A program made the position numbers and the translations under genes. From Tubulanus polymorphus (lineage: Eukaryota; Animalia; Nemertea), in assembly GCF_964204645.1 (NCBI RefSeq), contig NC_134029.1, positions 21,756,950 to 21,820,949 on the forward strand: a stretch of 64,000 nucleotides of DNA. Reading direction: 5' to 3'. Numbering within the stretch: position 1 is the stretch's first letter; every line of letters begins with the position of its first letter. Below, in pieces: positions 9,101 to 24,100 of the stretch. A model generated the notes under the pieces. It was not told where the DNA came from and searched no databases. It saw only the letters and a program-made list of their open reading frames with translations.

Positions 9101-12100
9101 CTGTAAGAACAAAATCAGAAACGAAAAACCATTAGCTATGTGCATGGGCGCCCAGCAAGCCTGTAGCGTGATGAATATGTGGGTGGGTTCATTCGTTGGA
9201 ACTGAACAGGAGTCTCGGTCCACATCGGGAAAGATGTTGAAAACGTGATGCTGAACGATTCCCGACAATGAAGGTCTTAGTAAATGAACAAATCTAATAT
9301 GCCAGGTTATATTGTTATAGTTGTAAGTGTAAAGCTAATCCTAATGGATTCATTTCAATTCAAAGTCAAAAACAAAAAAAAGCGATTACACAGAAAGTTT
9401 GTAAGCATCTGCCGACGGGGACAAGCGATCAGATGGCAACTGACATGGTTTTCTAAGCTGCGGATGTAGCCCAGACGGGTGTAACGCGGATTAGTCTGTC
9501 ACTTGGGCTCAGACATTTTGTTGAATTCAATCCGCATCAACCGACTCATATCGACGCGTTCTACTTTGTAATCGTCTGTAAATACTTAACGAAAATCTGC
9601 GTTTTATTTCGTGTTCGATGAATCGAACATTCTTAATATCAGGTATTATGGTAAATGCCATCGCGCATAAATACCGTCATTGACATTTTACTTTTTCTCT
9701 TTTCCTTTCGCAGAAAACTATTAATCAAAAGCTGCAGCTAAGCCTGTCAAACGCGGGCGCTCGAATCTATATCGGCGTTAAAAAAGAATAATGGCAGGTA
9801 TAAAGACACGGCGCTGCGGGTATGGATGAAATAAACCCAGGTGGAACGATTCTCACCGCTTGCGAGTGTTTATCAAATTTCATTTCTAATGAACCGGAGA
9901 AAGTCTAATGGGACTTGTATTGAATTATATCACAGTCGGGCTGCTGCGGTTTACGCAGTCGATCAATGTCAAATAAATCCCGAAACTGTGAAATTATATT
10001 CCATTCCTGCGTTTGGCATTTTTTAACGGGTGTTTCTAATTTCCGGTTAGTCCCACAAGGATCTCTTAAGAATGGTATTTCATCATCTTTAGACAATAAA
10101 GCTACATCATTCACAGAATCTACCAACAGGATGAAGGTTGAAGAAATTCAGATGGATAAGCGCTCAAAATATGGCTCTAGCAGGTTGCATGATTATTTGA
10201 GCTTTAGATTTTCATGATCTGAGTCCTACTGGTCTTAAGTTGTTAGAACCAAAGTTGAACTAAACTTGAACTAAACAAGTCATGAAGCCTGACCATACAA
10301 GTGGCCCTAGAAAATTCTCTCCTTCATATAGCAGAAGTCGTGCGCAAGAGGAAAACGCTCATCAGAACAGAAATAAAGTTATCCAGAAACACTTTTCTGC
10401 CCTCTCAGGTAATGCGCAAAAAAAACCATCTGCAATTGATGAGCCACAGAAACGTATTAGCGGTAGTGATTTATATAACGTACAAAGTGTCAATATTTCC
10501 TGGTGCATCGCTGATGAAAAGTAATCAGAAGAGCCGCGCCAAGTGTCTCGGGTCATTAACGTAAGTCCGTATTTCATGTCCTCAGGCGCAGATTTATTGA
10601 CCTAGCATCGAATTCACATTGCGGAAAATGTTTCGATGTGAAAAAATCGAAATCATGAAATCATGAAAATGTATAGAATTTTTGCCTAAAAATGGCACAA
10701 AGGGGCTGTTCAAAAATTATATAATGCGTATGGGGATGTGCGGTGTCAAAAAGTTTGTCACAGATTGTCACAAGTGGAGGGTGTGTCTCAACATTTGTTA
10801 CTTGGAATTTCTCAGCGGAAAAATCTTGAGCAACTTTTTTAAAAGTGAAACTAGGACAGGAGTGAAGTTTGAGCATTATCTAATAACAAATACTGCAAAA
10901 CTGTAAAACATTAAACATGACATTAACATAACTCTTCAGGAATTGAAAGCTAGTTTCAAACTGGTACCGCGATAAAGATTTTAGAAAAAAATTCGGAAGG
11001 GGGATTCAAATTTGTTAATATTATACCTAACGTAATATTGTAGGGGGTGAGCCAAGGGGCATCAGAATTTCCCCAAAATGTGTTACATCATTTTTGAACA
11101 GCCCCAAAATGACCAGTATTTATGAATGGAAAAAAAGAGCGCAACAGCGAGCATCATCATACTGCGAGTAAAAACGCCTGATTAATGGAGCCAGCTTACT
11201 GCTTCGTGATGCAGCTCGTATATGAACGCTTTCCATAAATCCTGCACAGATTGTTCGTACACTTTTAATCAAAAATACAGTGTCCACTATCCAGGCCATC
11301 AACTTCATCTTCCTCTCTTACATCATCTACAGCTCTGGCCGACGACGTACACTTTACGTTGATCAGTTTTTTGTTATCGCAGTCACGCGCCCGAATACTA
11401 ATCGAGGCTATTTTCGGCGGAATAAAGTTCACGACCCCGGTCGGCCGGGTATCATCGGTTATTTCTACAAATACACCTGCGACGGAAGATGAAATATAAG
11501 ACTAGTAATGTAAAATCTTATCTCTCTAATACGGTAATCGCCGAGTTCATCGCGCTCAGGAAATGTTTCCATATCGACGACATCGATCCGACAAAACACC
11601 CGCAGCAAATAATTTTTCACTGAACAAAATTATCAACAGTTATTGCAGTTCGATTGATGATAATTCATTATCAGCCAAAGGCGTATTATAAGCAATCTTC
11701 GCGGAGTTTGAATTCATAAGCCCAGAGTTCATGGTATAACGATCTAGGTTTCTAGTGTTGCCAAAAGCTTTCATCCAAGATGTTTATCGAAATAGGCAGT
11801 GTTTGAAATCGATGTTAAATGTTACGCACGCCCTTTCAGAAACTAGTACATATATACCCACTGATTAAGTACTAAACGTAAAATTATGCCCACATAGACC
11901 TTAGTATTTCATTTCTATATTCAGTTATCTGGGGCCAGTTGCACAGTCGTGACTCAAGTCCAAAAGTGGTCTTAAATCTTAAGACTGGTCTTAAATTGTT
12001 AGATTGGCTGTAGGACTAAGTTGGTCTTTGACTGGTCTTAAGTCTCAGCCATGACTATGCAACCGGCCCCAGATACGTCAATGAAAAATTCAATAGTTTG

Positions 12101-15100
12101 AAAAGATGCTGAATTATTTAAAGGAGACGTGAAGATTATCATCAATAGTCGACTGGAACACATACACATTGGCCTACACAGCTAGTAGTATGACGGGATG
12201 CTTATTCGTATAATTACTGTAATTTCTTATCACAATTTATCAGGCTAGATTCGGTAACTAGAGATGTGCAGCCAGACCGACCGTAACTACGGCGTCAGCG
12301 GAAATGATTCAATTAGAAGCAATTATAGAAATGGTCATTCATTGAAGCATTACACATGAGATTAGAGCAGAAGGATATCGGGCGCGTTATCTGCGCGTTA
12401 CGGGAAAAAAATGATGTGTTCCCGATAAATCGTAGGATTCAAGTCCCCTCGAGCAGCACGTATCGATAATCGATTAAAAATAAGAACCGACGTAGACAAA
12501 ACTGATATAAATCTTCGTACGAATCGATCGGTGAAAGCTACGAAAACTTCGAAAAATGTTTGAAAGTCGCTGCGGGTAGATTTTATCGACGACCTGTATT
12601 CGAAACGACGCGCGCACGCCCGCAAACAGGAAATTTCCCGCGCGATGTTAAACAGCCAGATTTTTGTGTTCGTCCGAATAAATCAGCTACGTTGACATCG
12701 GATACGACCGAGGGATATGGTATGTTTAAGATGCTAGTCAGGTATGATAGAAACCGTTATTCAACGATCAGGAAATTGTTTAGACAGTCGTCCGATATGT
12801 GAGTGTGTAAAACCGCATCACACGCGACGCATAAATCAATATGCGAATAGAATGCGAAATAAAAAGAAAACCGATCACAAATTGATCAACATCCAAACGC
12901 ATTCAACTACCAACTATATATATAGGCGCGCTCACACGACGAAATTTAGACCGGTCTAAATTTGGTCCAAGCGTTCACACGGGCAAAAATACCGTTCCAA
13001 ATTAGACCGGTCTAGTTTAGAACGTAGTCAAAACGCCGTGTGAACGCTCACCAAAATTTGGTCCGGTCTAAATTTGGACCGGACCAGGTAGACCGGTCTA
13101 ACTAGTTGTCGCGTGAACGCGGCTTACGTATACAGTGATCCTCTACGGACTTGAAGCTTAATTCTATCGAAGTCAACTTTCTACGGCTTCTAGAGTTCAG
13201 CTGTTTTTCTTGACATATCTCGTAAACCGGTCATTAATCGAAGGTTAGCGGTACACATCGTTGAACACAGGTCCGAGATTGCGGCGATGCTGGACACATA
13301 TCGCTCGGGATGAAATATGGTCTTTTGATTGCGCCAATTTTCCGGGCTACTTCTTCGGCGATATATCGCGACGTTTATCGATTGTGAAAACTTTCCGTTG
13401 ACGCTAACGACGACGACTTGATTAGGTTAACTGAATCTTGCAGGAGACGATAAAATAAAAATTCGAGCACCGTCAGAAAAAAATTCATAACAGGGACGGA
13501 GTTTACTAATTGACAGCGTAACAGACGGTAACATGTCACACAAATACACCGTCTGCCAATCAAACGTTTCGAGCGAGAAAACAATTCACAAATTCTTTCT
13601 CGAAGTGCGTTGTATAACACTCGATGGCTGCATATAGTTCCTTCATTATTTTCCACCAGAAAAGAGGCGTAGTTCAGATGTCAAAGCTAATATAAGGTGT
13701 AACATGTTCGTGCAGTCCGTTCAGGCTACCGAGGACTTGTAAAAATGCCGGTATTCAACTGTCTAACCAGGGAATAGTGTTAGTCACACAACACCAATGG
13801 AATTAACGTTGAAAGTATTTCACGAGGGAAATTCTATGCAATTGCGTTCGGCGAGTGTGGTTGGTCACCGAAGCCAGGCACGTCGGTAGAATTAGCTCTA
13901 TTTCGGTACTTTGAGCTAATGGTCGTGTACTATCCTCTATTGAATATGAATGAGCGATGAGCGGGCAGTGAAAATCGAATCTGAACAGAACGATCCCGAG
14001 GGGGACTACGGGTGGATAGTGCGTATCATCATATCCTAGTAGAATACATTAACCCTGATTGCACATTCTATTTGATTCTATTCTATTCTATTCTATTCTA
14101 TTTGACCAAAAATGTCGGTCCAGACCCGAGCAAAATTTTAGCACAGGTCAAATTATTCTGTGTGAATGATAATTGGTTCTGGAAGTGAATCACCTCACTT
14201 GCCACAGCATCATTTACGTGCGAAGACGCTCTCTAATAATGCACCGGCCAAATTTGACACGGGGGTCTGGTCAAGGCCAACGTGTTTCCACGCGATCACG
14301 GCTATTACCTCATAATCTTTATTGATTTGTGTTTGAACCCAGTTTCCGTCGGGTAAACCCATACGCAGGTATTCGGTCTGTAGATCGAAGAACGACCAGC
14401 CGCAATCTTTCGTCAACGACGGATCGGGGTGTGTGTAGTGATAGGCGTAAAGCTCTCCGAGACTCGCTGCAAATTAAAACAATAGAAGATACAGTAAATA
14501 TGATCAATATCAGCGTGATGTTATCGATGATATATCGACTTGATAATGATCAAGCATACAGGTAAATGTACAGGAAATTCGGCCTAGTAGATTATAAGCA
14601 TTATATGGCAGATTCAGGGTCAAAAGAAGGGTCCACTGAAGAAATTTAGGGTCTTTGTCCATCCACGCATGGCCATGATTTCATCGCTCACATACACAGT
14701 TATGTGTTTCGCGCTATTTTCTATTTGTTCAAGCTTAATCATGTTTTTCAGTCTGGAATTTTTGCAAATGGAATCTTTAGGGGACTCTGATGTCCAAGCA
14801 TAGGGGTGTCCTGATCTTCATAGACACCCCCCCTGGATCCGCATCTGATAAGCATATATACCACCGCATATTGGACCTGGCGTTGAACATACACCAGTAA
14901 TAATTTGATATACATTAAGATGCAGGTTGATTCAATACTCGTTGAACAAGAATTCAATAAAAGAGCTTCTTGTAAGAACAGTAATCTGGTAATCAGGAAT
15001 TCTATATACTGTAATTGGAATAGTAGAAGGGTTACGACAAAGAACTACCCGGGGTGGCGTGGATACTATTCAATTCTACGAATAATAATTACATTTCCGA

Positions 15101-18100
15101 TAATCCGAGGTAATTCAATACTTTTGCTTCTCGTACATACGACGTACCTGGTTGCGATAACTTCAGAAGTGACATATAGATGTCGTGGCAGTCGCGTTCG
15201 CGAGGTATAACGAACGACACCGATAGGAATGTCTTGCAGCGTATTTGAAGCGGTGATCCGGACGTCGTGATGGGAAGCTTCTCCACCGATGATATATGCA
15301 TATGAAGAACCTGAAATTAGAGAAATGTGGAGAAATGAGTTTTCGGAGATTTACAAGACCGAGGTGTTCGATACAAACATGAAAAAAGTCAGTGAAATAT
15401 ACAGTGAAATAAAGAATGTACCCCATATGAAAAAAGATCGAACCATGTTCTAATTTGATTCACAGAAATGAAGATACATTTCATTTACAATTTTCGTAAA
15501 AAGACCTTCTCATTGTTCCCAGACTTGTAATGTTCGTTTCAAGATAAGTCACGTTTTTTGCAGGCTTTTTTGAAATGGCACTGGTGAGGCAACGACATCG
15601 CGCTGTGATGGCTCTCAATTCTGGCATCCTATGGGGTTCTTTATCAGTCCTATTTACCTGTAGTTCATATAGGACAAACCATAGGACAAATCACTTCCTA
15701 AAAGCGGACCTACTTCAGATTTTGGGTGGTTCGTCGTAACCCCTCCCACGCTACAGGCCACGGAATTGTGAGAAAACAATAATGTCTACTATGTGACAGA
15801 GCTAGCGCTAAACCATCGACTGAATTGACAGACATGTCCGATAATCATACACCAGTCACGTATAACAGTATCAACAATCATACAGAATTACTCAACGCAG
15901 ATATGATACCTCTCTATTCGGCGTATTTCATGAAAATTGCCGCAAGGAAAATAATCGCGTATATCATTTCAGTCGCAGCTTTTATCTCTAAATACCGAGG
16001 AGAGAGGCTAGTACTAAATACTGAATACGTGACCCATGAAACAAAACCATGAACAGAAAACCTAATATAAGGGAGTGTGCAAGAAGTATGGATTTAGGTG
16101 ACCGGATTAGCAAATTTTCCCATGATACTACCACTTGTGTTCAAGCCATAATCACATTTTACCCCCAAACACTCTCTTGTCACTATTAGTAACGTTCACC
16201 CGATCGCTAGGTTAGTCCGTTCAAATTTGACCGGTACTCGAAACAAACCAATTTCAAATGGACTAAATCAATGCTGTACACACATTTTAAAATCTGCAGT
16301 TATCGCTGGTTTAGTTAGAAAATTTGGCCTCCCTTCATGGAATCGACGCATTAACCGATTGATCTATCAATTACAGCAGGTCGAGTTGATCACAGATACT
16401 GACAGTAATCAGTATTAATAGAAAATAATGATGATGCAGTTTAGTCAAACTTTGCGTCATCAAGTTATCAATAATACTAGTAAACGCAGTCGGTGATGAT
16501 AGTCGAGGGAAACGTATTTAGATTGATGAGGGTGACTCGCATTCAGCGAACCGGTCAATTAACCCAACTAGTGACAGTGCAGTAATACCCCTGAGAAGTC
16601 ACACACAGACCAAAGATTACAGTTCTACATCGAAGCATCGCGTTCTACAGGATTCTTCATAAATGCAGTTACACGTAAACGATTTGGCCCGGGCCAAATT
16701 GGCACGGATCAGGCCCGCGTCAAATTTGGTCCGTGCCTAATCAGAGAGCGCTTTCACACGTAAACCACTCACTTGATGCTAAACAATGCTTAAGCAAACT
16801 GAAGACGTTATCAGAACCAGTTGCAATTCACACGTAATGATTAAACCCGTGCTTAACTTTGGCTATACTGTAGCCGCGATCACACAAGCATTTTCGGCCC
16901 GGGCCAAATTTGGCCCAGAACAACTGTTCACATGGGTGCCAAATGGGCCCGAGCCTGATCGGTGCCAAATGGGCCCGAGCCTGATCTTCTCCGTGTGATC
17001 GCGGCTTGTAAGACTGCCAGACCGGGCACCAAATCTTTAGTTTGTAGGTACCGGTAAGATTAGATTCTTCTGGCTGATAGCCGATGATCATAGAAACCAG
17101 GGAGGTAGATCTCCCTGTAGAAACGAACCATCGATTGACTACGCAGCCGACTCCTCCCCAACCCTATAACATTATTGCAATTAGTCTGATGAAAAAATTC
17201 CGGCATATGATATCAACTTTGCGTTCGGGAGCCGAAAATTCTTCACCACAGCAATAACTACAGTAGTATCGTATATCACTCATCGGGTGCTGCAATAATT
17301 TCCGAGCCTTCAGGGGCAACAAGAGACGAAGTTCAATACGCAATATCAAAAAGTCAGATAAGACGATGTATAATGTTAGCTTACATCTATACGCTCCGCT
17401 CCGGGACAAACCATCGATGATTAGGAAATCTGCTTATCTTCGCGGCAAAAGCAATCATAACTAACTTCAATGATACTCACTCGCCGCGAGTGCGATATAT
17501 CGATTCGATATCCCGAATTTATACCCCGTTCCCCGTCGGCGGAAAAATTCGTTTCGATAGGGGCCGCCGAGGACGGTGTAATACGAACGAGAATGGTCAC
17601 TTATAGCGAAGAGGCTCTCGGCCGAGTGGTTATTACCTCCGGTCGCGACGATATGTGAAATGCAAATGAACTACTTTAGCGAATAGAAGGATGAGGACGG
17701 AGGGTTCGCGAGTTGACCAGTCGAGGAACACTCGACCAAATGTATCGATAAAGAGCAATGATGATGAAGATGACGATGACGATGATGATGATCGCCTCGA
17801 GGAGACTGATAGCTGTCGACATAAAACAATATCAACAGCGAAGTTATTTCCTATAAGAATCAGATGCAGTCCAGTGAGTGTCTCGTAGGGATAAATTGCG
17901 TTCCATTTCAAGTGGTGGCAACGACACACCGATGTAATCGACATTCTGTGAAAGCAACAATGATAAATTATGTATTCGCGTCCGTACATTCGAGGAGAAT
18001 GAGTCGAAAGAAACTTGATAGACCTTTATTTTTTTTGTCCGATAGACATTCAGGAATTCGGTGAGCGATTCAGCATTATTAAAGATGGCCGCTAGAATAA

Positions 18101-21100
18101 CGTAGTTGTAAAAAGCATGATTGACTCTATTAGCTTTACTGCTCGTCTTGGTCATAGTTATGCTCATAGCTCTCCCATTATCAAAGTTTATCTGGATAAC
18201 GCTATATCATTACCATCATTGCCACCACCGTAATTAACCCTTTCAGTGCTGACTAATCAATCCCCTATAGTGCTGGAGATAATTTGAAAATTTTAAAAAA
18301 TTCCACTCTAGTGTGTTGAATAACGGGAATACCACTATAGTGCGTCTACACCGCGGCGCGGTGTATTGTTAGTTACTAGTATTTCACTATGTTTGACAGG
18401 TGCTGCCATCTTTCAATAGAGATAAAAACTAATTACTAATTACATCAATACACTGCAGTGCGGTGTACTAGCAAAATACATCACCGATTCATACACCGCA
18501 CTGCGGTGTAGACGCACTGAAAGGGTTAAGCCACACTAAATAAGATATAACTGAATCTTAGTTGTCACAATATTTTGGTACGTAGAATAAACCATTGGTT
18601 CAAGTCCAAAACTTTCTGACTGTTTTTTTCAGTCCGAATGTTGCATTTTTCTACCGTCTGCCGAAATGTGTCATCATTCGCAGTAGCATTGACTATAAAT
18701 CTAACTTCTTCGATCGAAATATTGTTGATTCATTCACGGATGAAAACGAAAATTGTCAGTACTCGTGAGGCGATAAATCAAAAGATTTCATTACCTCGCG
18801 AGTATCAGTAAGGCGCACACAGTGATGAGTGACAGACGGACGCCAGTCAAGCATAAAACACTAAAGTAGAATAGCGTTACATACCTGCTGCAAATTCTTA
18901 CACGGAAAAACAATTACCATTTTGCGTAAGACCAGGTGATACCATCCCAAAAACATCATCAACCGTCGCTTAAAAAAGGTTCCGCTAATCTTGGGGGAAG
19001 CAGTCGAAAGAGATTTTTGGGAATAGTTTTTTCTCTCAAGCTTGTGGTCGCCGCCGTATTTTTAAGAAGCCTTATTGTGCTCTCGCGTGTACACGCTGAA
19101 TTAGCAGAATCATCGCCGAAAGCGCTTTGCATAAAAACAATAGATCCATTAGTCCCTGAGCATGACATCAGCAAGAAATATATAAAAGGCTTCATAAACT
19201 TCAATAACCGCAAATATGACGAGCGCCATGTCGAAAAAGGTCAACTAAACAACAGGAAACCAAATAAGAGTCAGCCTCGGCTAAAAATGGACATGTTCAA
19301 TTTCCACTCGGGTGAATACAAATTAGATAATGATGCAGGCCAACTAGATTACCTATAGAACCCACACAAAATTGCAGCTGGGATTGTCTCTCTCGTCTTC
19401 CAATGTCTCTACTAGAACCAACAACGATTTCGCGGGTAAGAGATTTCCCGCCGCTATATTTGCAGCGAGTCGTCTTTATCTGTACGAAATTTACATCATC
19501 AACGCCAGAGGACTTCAAACGGAAACATCAAAGACCGTCTTTATAGCTGGTCGACATTGTTTTCCGAGTTAGTTATCGGTTCCTCGCCCCGTTCAAACAA
19601 TCTCGAGATGCCACCCGACGACAAACATGGAAAAAACCAATTAAGCAAATGCACTAATGAAATCATTAATCAACCGTAGATGACAAAACATGATAGAAAA
19701 TTAGTAAGAAATTTGCTACGAAAACAACTGCATCAAAACTTCTATTCAGCGAGTAATCAGGTTTCTCCTGCGTTTCTCTCGACATCACAAACATCCGTTG
19801 CTGAAGATTTCAGAATTTGGCAGCCGGAAAAACTGTTTGATCGAAACCGATTGATAGAATTAAGAGGACGGCGACGAGAAATTGAATTTTCATTTATCGC
19901 TCGTATCGATTTCCTTTTTCGGGTTGTCGTTTAATATTAGATGAAACAATGCTTCGTCGTTTGAGAGAATTCCAGCGCGTCAATTTCTACGTTTCGTTTG
20001 CCGTTTCTACGACTGCGACGCGCGCAGCGTATCAATTCCGATTAGAGCGAGTTGTTTAATATTCCTTCTAAGACGTTGTTGGAATGATTAAATCTCGTGT
20101 AAACTGACGCGCGCTTCGAAGTGTAATACACGATTTAAACAACGCTGATGAAACACAAGTGAATAAAACCGTCGGGAAATGTATAGGCCTAAATGAGGGT
20201 TGAATACATAAGAATCATTCAATTGACTGCTGGGTGTGTCAGACTATAGGATAATCCTGAATTTCATTTCCATTCGAGATATGTTTAACGTCATTCAGAT
20301 CTCGGTTTCCCGAGACTAACCCTATTGAGTTTGTACACTAAGCCCCACGCACACGATGCAGGGAGACAGGGAAACAAGGAATCAAACATGTTTGATCTCG
20401 GAAACATTGTTTCCCGAAACCGTGTTTCTCATTTCTCATAAATGAGATACTTCCCTGCTTGGACTTATGCAGCCAGCAGTACTTGAACCTCAGCACCGTC
20501 ACTCAGCACTGATAGTAAATTCAACAGCACCACGCCTTATCCGACTGAGCTACAGGGGCTGCAAACATTCAATTATGTATCGAAATCTGAATGGAATCGG
20601 TTAAAACAATACTATAACTCACTCAACGTTGTCTCTATGCTCATCAAATATGTATCCCATATTCATCAGCCCGCATTGAACGTGCGACACATTCATGTGA
20701 AGCGAATCACTCTCAATGCCATCGTAGCTAAATCATTGAAATGACGATGATTCCCTCAGCGGTAAACGCTAACTTTCCACGCCAATCAGTAAAATGATTT
20801 TACTCAGCAAACCTGAACAGAACCGGATGATTGAAACTGGACTTTTTAGAAATTTCAAATACGTGACTGCGTATAATCGAAACAAGTCTCCCCCCGGGAA
20901 AAACAGCGACGTGACAATAATATTCTAAACATCGCCTGCTTTCATTATCGGAGCTCTCCGCCGATGACTGTCACTCAAACCAGCTGAAATACAAGTCAAT
21001 GTGTCCTATCGACGAAAACCATGGAAAAAATCATCTCATCAATCAACGTTATTTCCAAAGTAGCTTTCAAAGATATCCTGGTAGAACATGGAGAAAAAAG

Positions 21101-24100
21101 CTTACATAGCTTAAGACATGCTAACCAATTCGGCAAGTATATAAAAAACTGAACATTGCTCAGGTTCTTCGTCGCCAGCAAAAATTCTCGCATGCTTTAA
21201 TAACTGGACCTTTAACCTAGTTTTAATACATATAATATCAACCCTTGTGCATCTACACCGCAGTGCGATGTATAAATTGGTGATGGACTTTGCTAACACA
21301 CCATACTGAAGTTTATGAATTTTATTTTCAATTAATTATAATCTCTTTTGAAATATAGCCCTGGTCAAACATTGTGTTATATCAGGAACTAACAATACAC
21401 CGCACTACAGTGAAGATATGTCCATTACACAAAGCACTGGGAAGGAATTTTCAAATCATCTCCAACACTGGCTACTAACTGATCTGCAATGAAAGGGTTA
21501 AATGAAAATGGAATTCCATTCATAAATCTTTCAATGGATAAAACTACTGGGCCTATATATTTACCGATAGTTGTGACTACCGTGTTCAAAAACAGGTTGC
21601 CCGTTACCAATTCTGTGAAAAAGACAGCTAAAATAACATTTTGCCTGAAACGATGAAGTATGGATTTTCGGTAGTTCAAACAAGTCCCCTTGCCCCTGTG
21701 TACGCCTGTTACACGGACATCATCCGAGCTGAGCTTACAAAGCAATTTCATCATAACTTTTCATGCCATTCCTCGAATACTTCACAGCTGATTGGCGGAA
21801 AAGGATGAACACCCAACGAGCGATGACGATGAAATAATAGAAAACCAATAAATAACTGACACGAAAGAAACGAGACGATAATTGCTGGCATCATTTCTTA
21901 CACGTTTTATCTATAACGAGCCAGGTAGAAAAGAACATATCGATGACGCGCGTGCATGTGTGGGATATTATTATTGTTCGATGCAATATGTTCAGAAAGA
22001 AATCAATCGGAACAGCAACAGTCGGACCTGAAATAACACATCGTGTGGCGCCGTGAATAAAAAAATAATCGAATAATTTTTGTCATAGATTCTCATACGT
22101 GCAACATTCATACAAGACCTCGACTGTGATCTTTAGAATATGATATGTTTGACCACGCCTTAAACTATAAATATGTAAGTATCAAGTAACGCCATCAGAT
22201 CTGCCTACGAATTAAAATGGGCTGCCAAATTTTTGCGGATAAGATTTTCACAAAGCCGATGGTATCGATGTTCAGTTCACGCATTGATGATTTTGACATC
22301 ATCTCTTCAGTAATGATCCGTAGCGTGTAACATAACCGCGCTGAACGGCTGAATGGCCACGACTGTCAAACTGTGGTAAAATTGATGGTATGTCGCGTAT
22401 TATAATATTCCCACTACTGGCAAACCGGCAAACTTGGACTTTTTATAGAATTTGACCCGCTGATCTTTGCTACTACAGCGGAACCTCGTTATAACGACCT
22501 CAGATAAAACGATTTACCGATTATTACAAACATAGAATTTCATCCCAAGTAGGACAGTTTTGATAATTTCATACTGGATATTAAAGAAATATCAAAGATC
22601 ATTAATGAACTATTGGTCACTACAAACATTTCCTGGTGTCCTGAAGTTCGTTGTAACAAGGTTCCGCTGTATATAGAACTATCAGTTACAACAAAAAATC
22701 ATTAAGACTAGAATTTTTGGTTATATGAAACAGATTTTCTGGTGTCCTGAAGTTCGTTGTAACGAGGTTCCACTGTATATAGAACTATCAGTTATAACAA
22801 AAAATCATAAAGACTAGAATTTTTGGTTATAAGAAACAGATTTTCTGGTGTCCTGAAGTTCGTTGTAATGAGGTTCCACTGGCACTGTGTAATAACATTC
22901 CTCTTATCCCACTTATTCTGAAGGTTACACAGATCATGCAAACAACTCAACATTTCTCAGTGTTTAACAATTTTTCAATCAGACCCACAACCTTTCCGTT
23001 CTCAGACAGAGGCACGTTTGGAAATATTTGCCACGACAGCTTTAGCAAACTCATAATTTCAATGAGAATAGAACATAATCCACGTTGAGACAACAAAACA
23101 TTTGAAACTTGTGCACACGAAACACTGACATTTTAAATCGATGGGAAAAATGATTAATCTGCGCGACTGCTAATTAAAGCAGCCGAAGGCTCTTAATTCA
23201 AATTAAAGAACGGAGAATTAATATAATAAGTTGAAATATGAGAATGAGGAATATGATACGTCCGCAAACGGCAATTTTGGTTCCATTCGCTAAAATTTCC
23301 AATCAGTTTTTTCTGAGAACGCTCATCCACGAAATCAACAAAACGTGATTGAAAATTGAAAACAGCGGAGACCTTCATTAACAACAGCTAATCGTATATC
23401 GTCGATGCATAATTTCTATTTAAATCTTGGTTCTCGGGATCGATTCACTCGACTGCATCTTACTGCTTATTAACACGACTATCAGCTATAAATTCTATCA
23501 TCTACGTCGGTGTATAGGCCTACGTTCACTAACTAATATAAACTCCCGCCAACGAGAACTTGAATTTTAATTTCCTGCCGAATTTTGCCGTATTTCCGGA
23601 TTAATAACGCGGCGCGGTGTCGACTGGAATATCGTCGGTTGAACAATCCCGACGCTCTTTTCATATACGCAAGAGATTTTGAGCAAACAATATCCGGTCG
23701 AAGGTTCGGATCCCGATGTCTTCATTCTTAAGAAGACTCGAAAAAGAGCAGTTAATGAAACTTTTTTAAACTGAACTGAAGAGTTCATTAACACTTATTC
23801 GAAGCGATGAATCTAGTTTCAATTCGAGTACATGTTATACTCTTCCTTCATTACATGTAAAAAATGAAGATATATATCGGAAAATAACAGTGAAAAGATT
23901 TAATAAATTCCAAATGTACTCGATATTTGTGTCAGGCTTGTTTAAACAACATTATTAGTTATCGGTATTAAGTATCAATATTCATACATAGGCCAATATA
24001 TGCCGTAGCCTTAAGCGGCAGACGCATTCTAGACGAAGCCAGATTGAACCGAAAGAAAATCGATATTTAACTTTTTTCATTCGTTTACCGTTTTTTAAAC

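Noticed and set aside
13128-13230. Open phase-1 frame ending at donor gtaagc in MTMR intron 4
   Set aside because: No ATG or good acceptor follows the upstream stops, and the donor overlaps a MITE terminus, so it is probably coincidental.
20460-20559. Functional tRNA gene
   Set aside because: A and B boxes are present but the acceptor and anticodon stems do not pair; treated as SINE-like.
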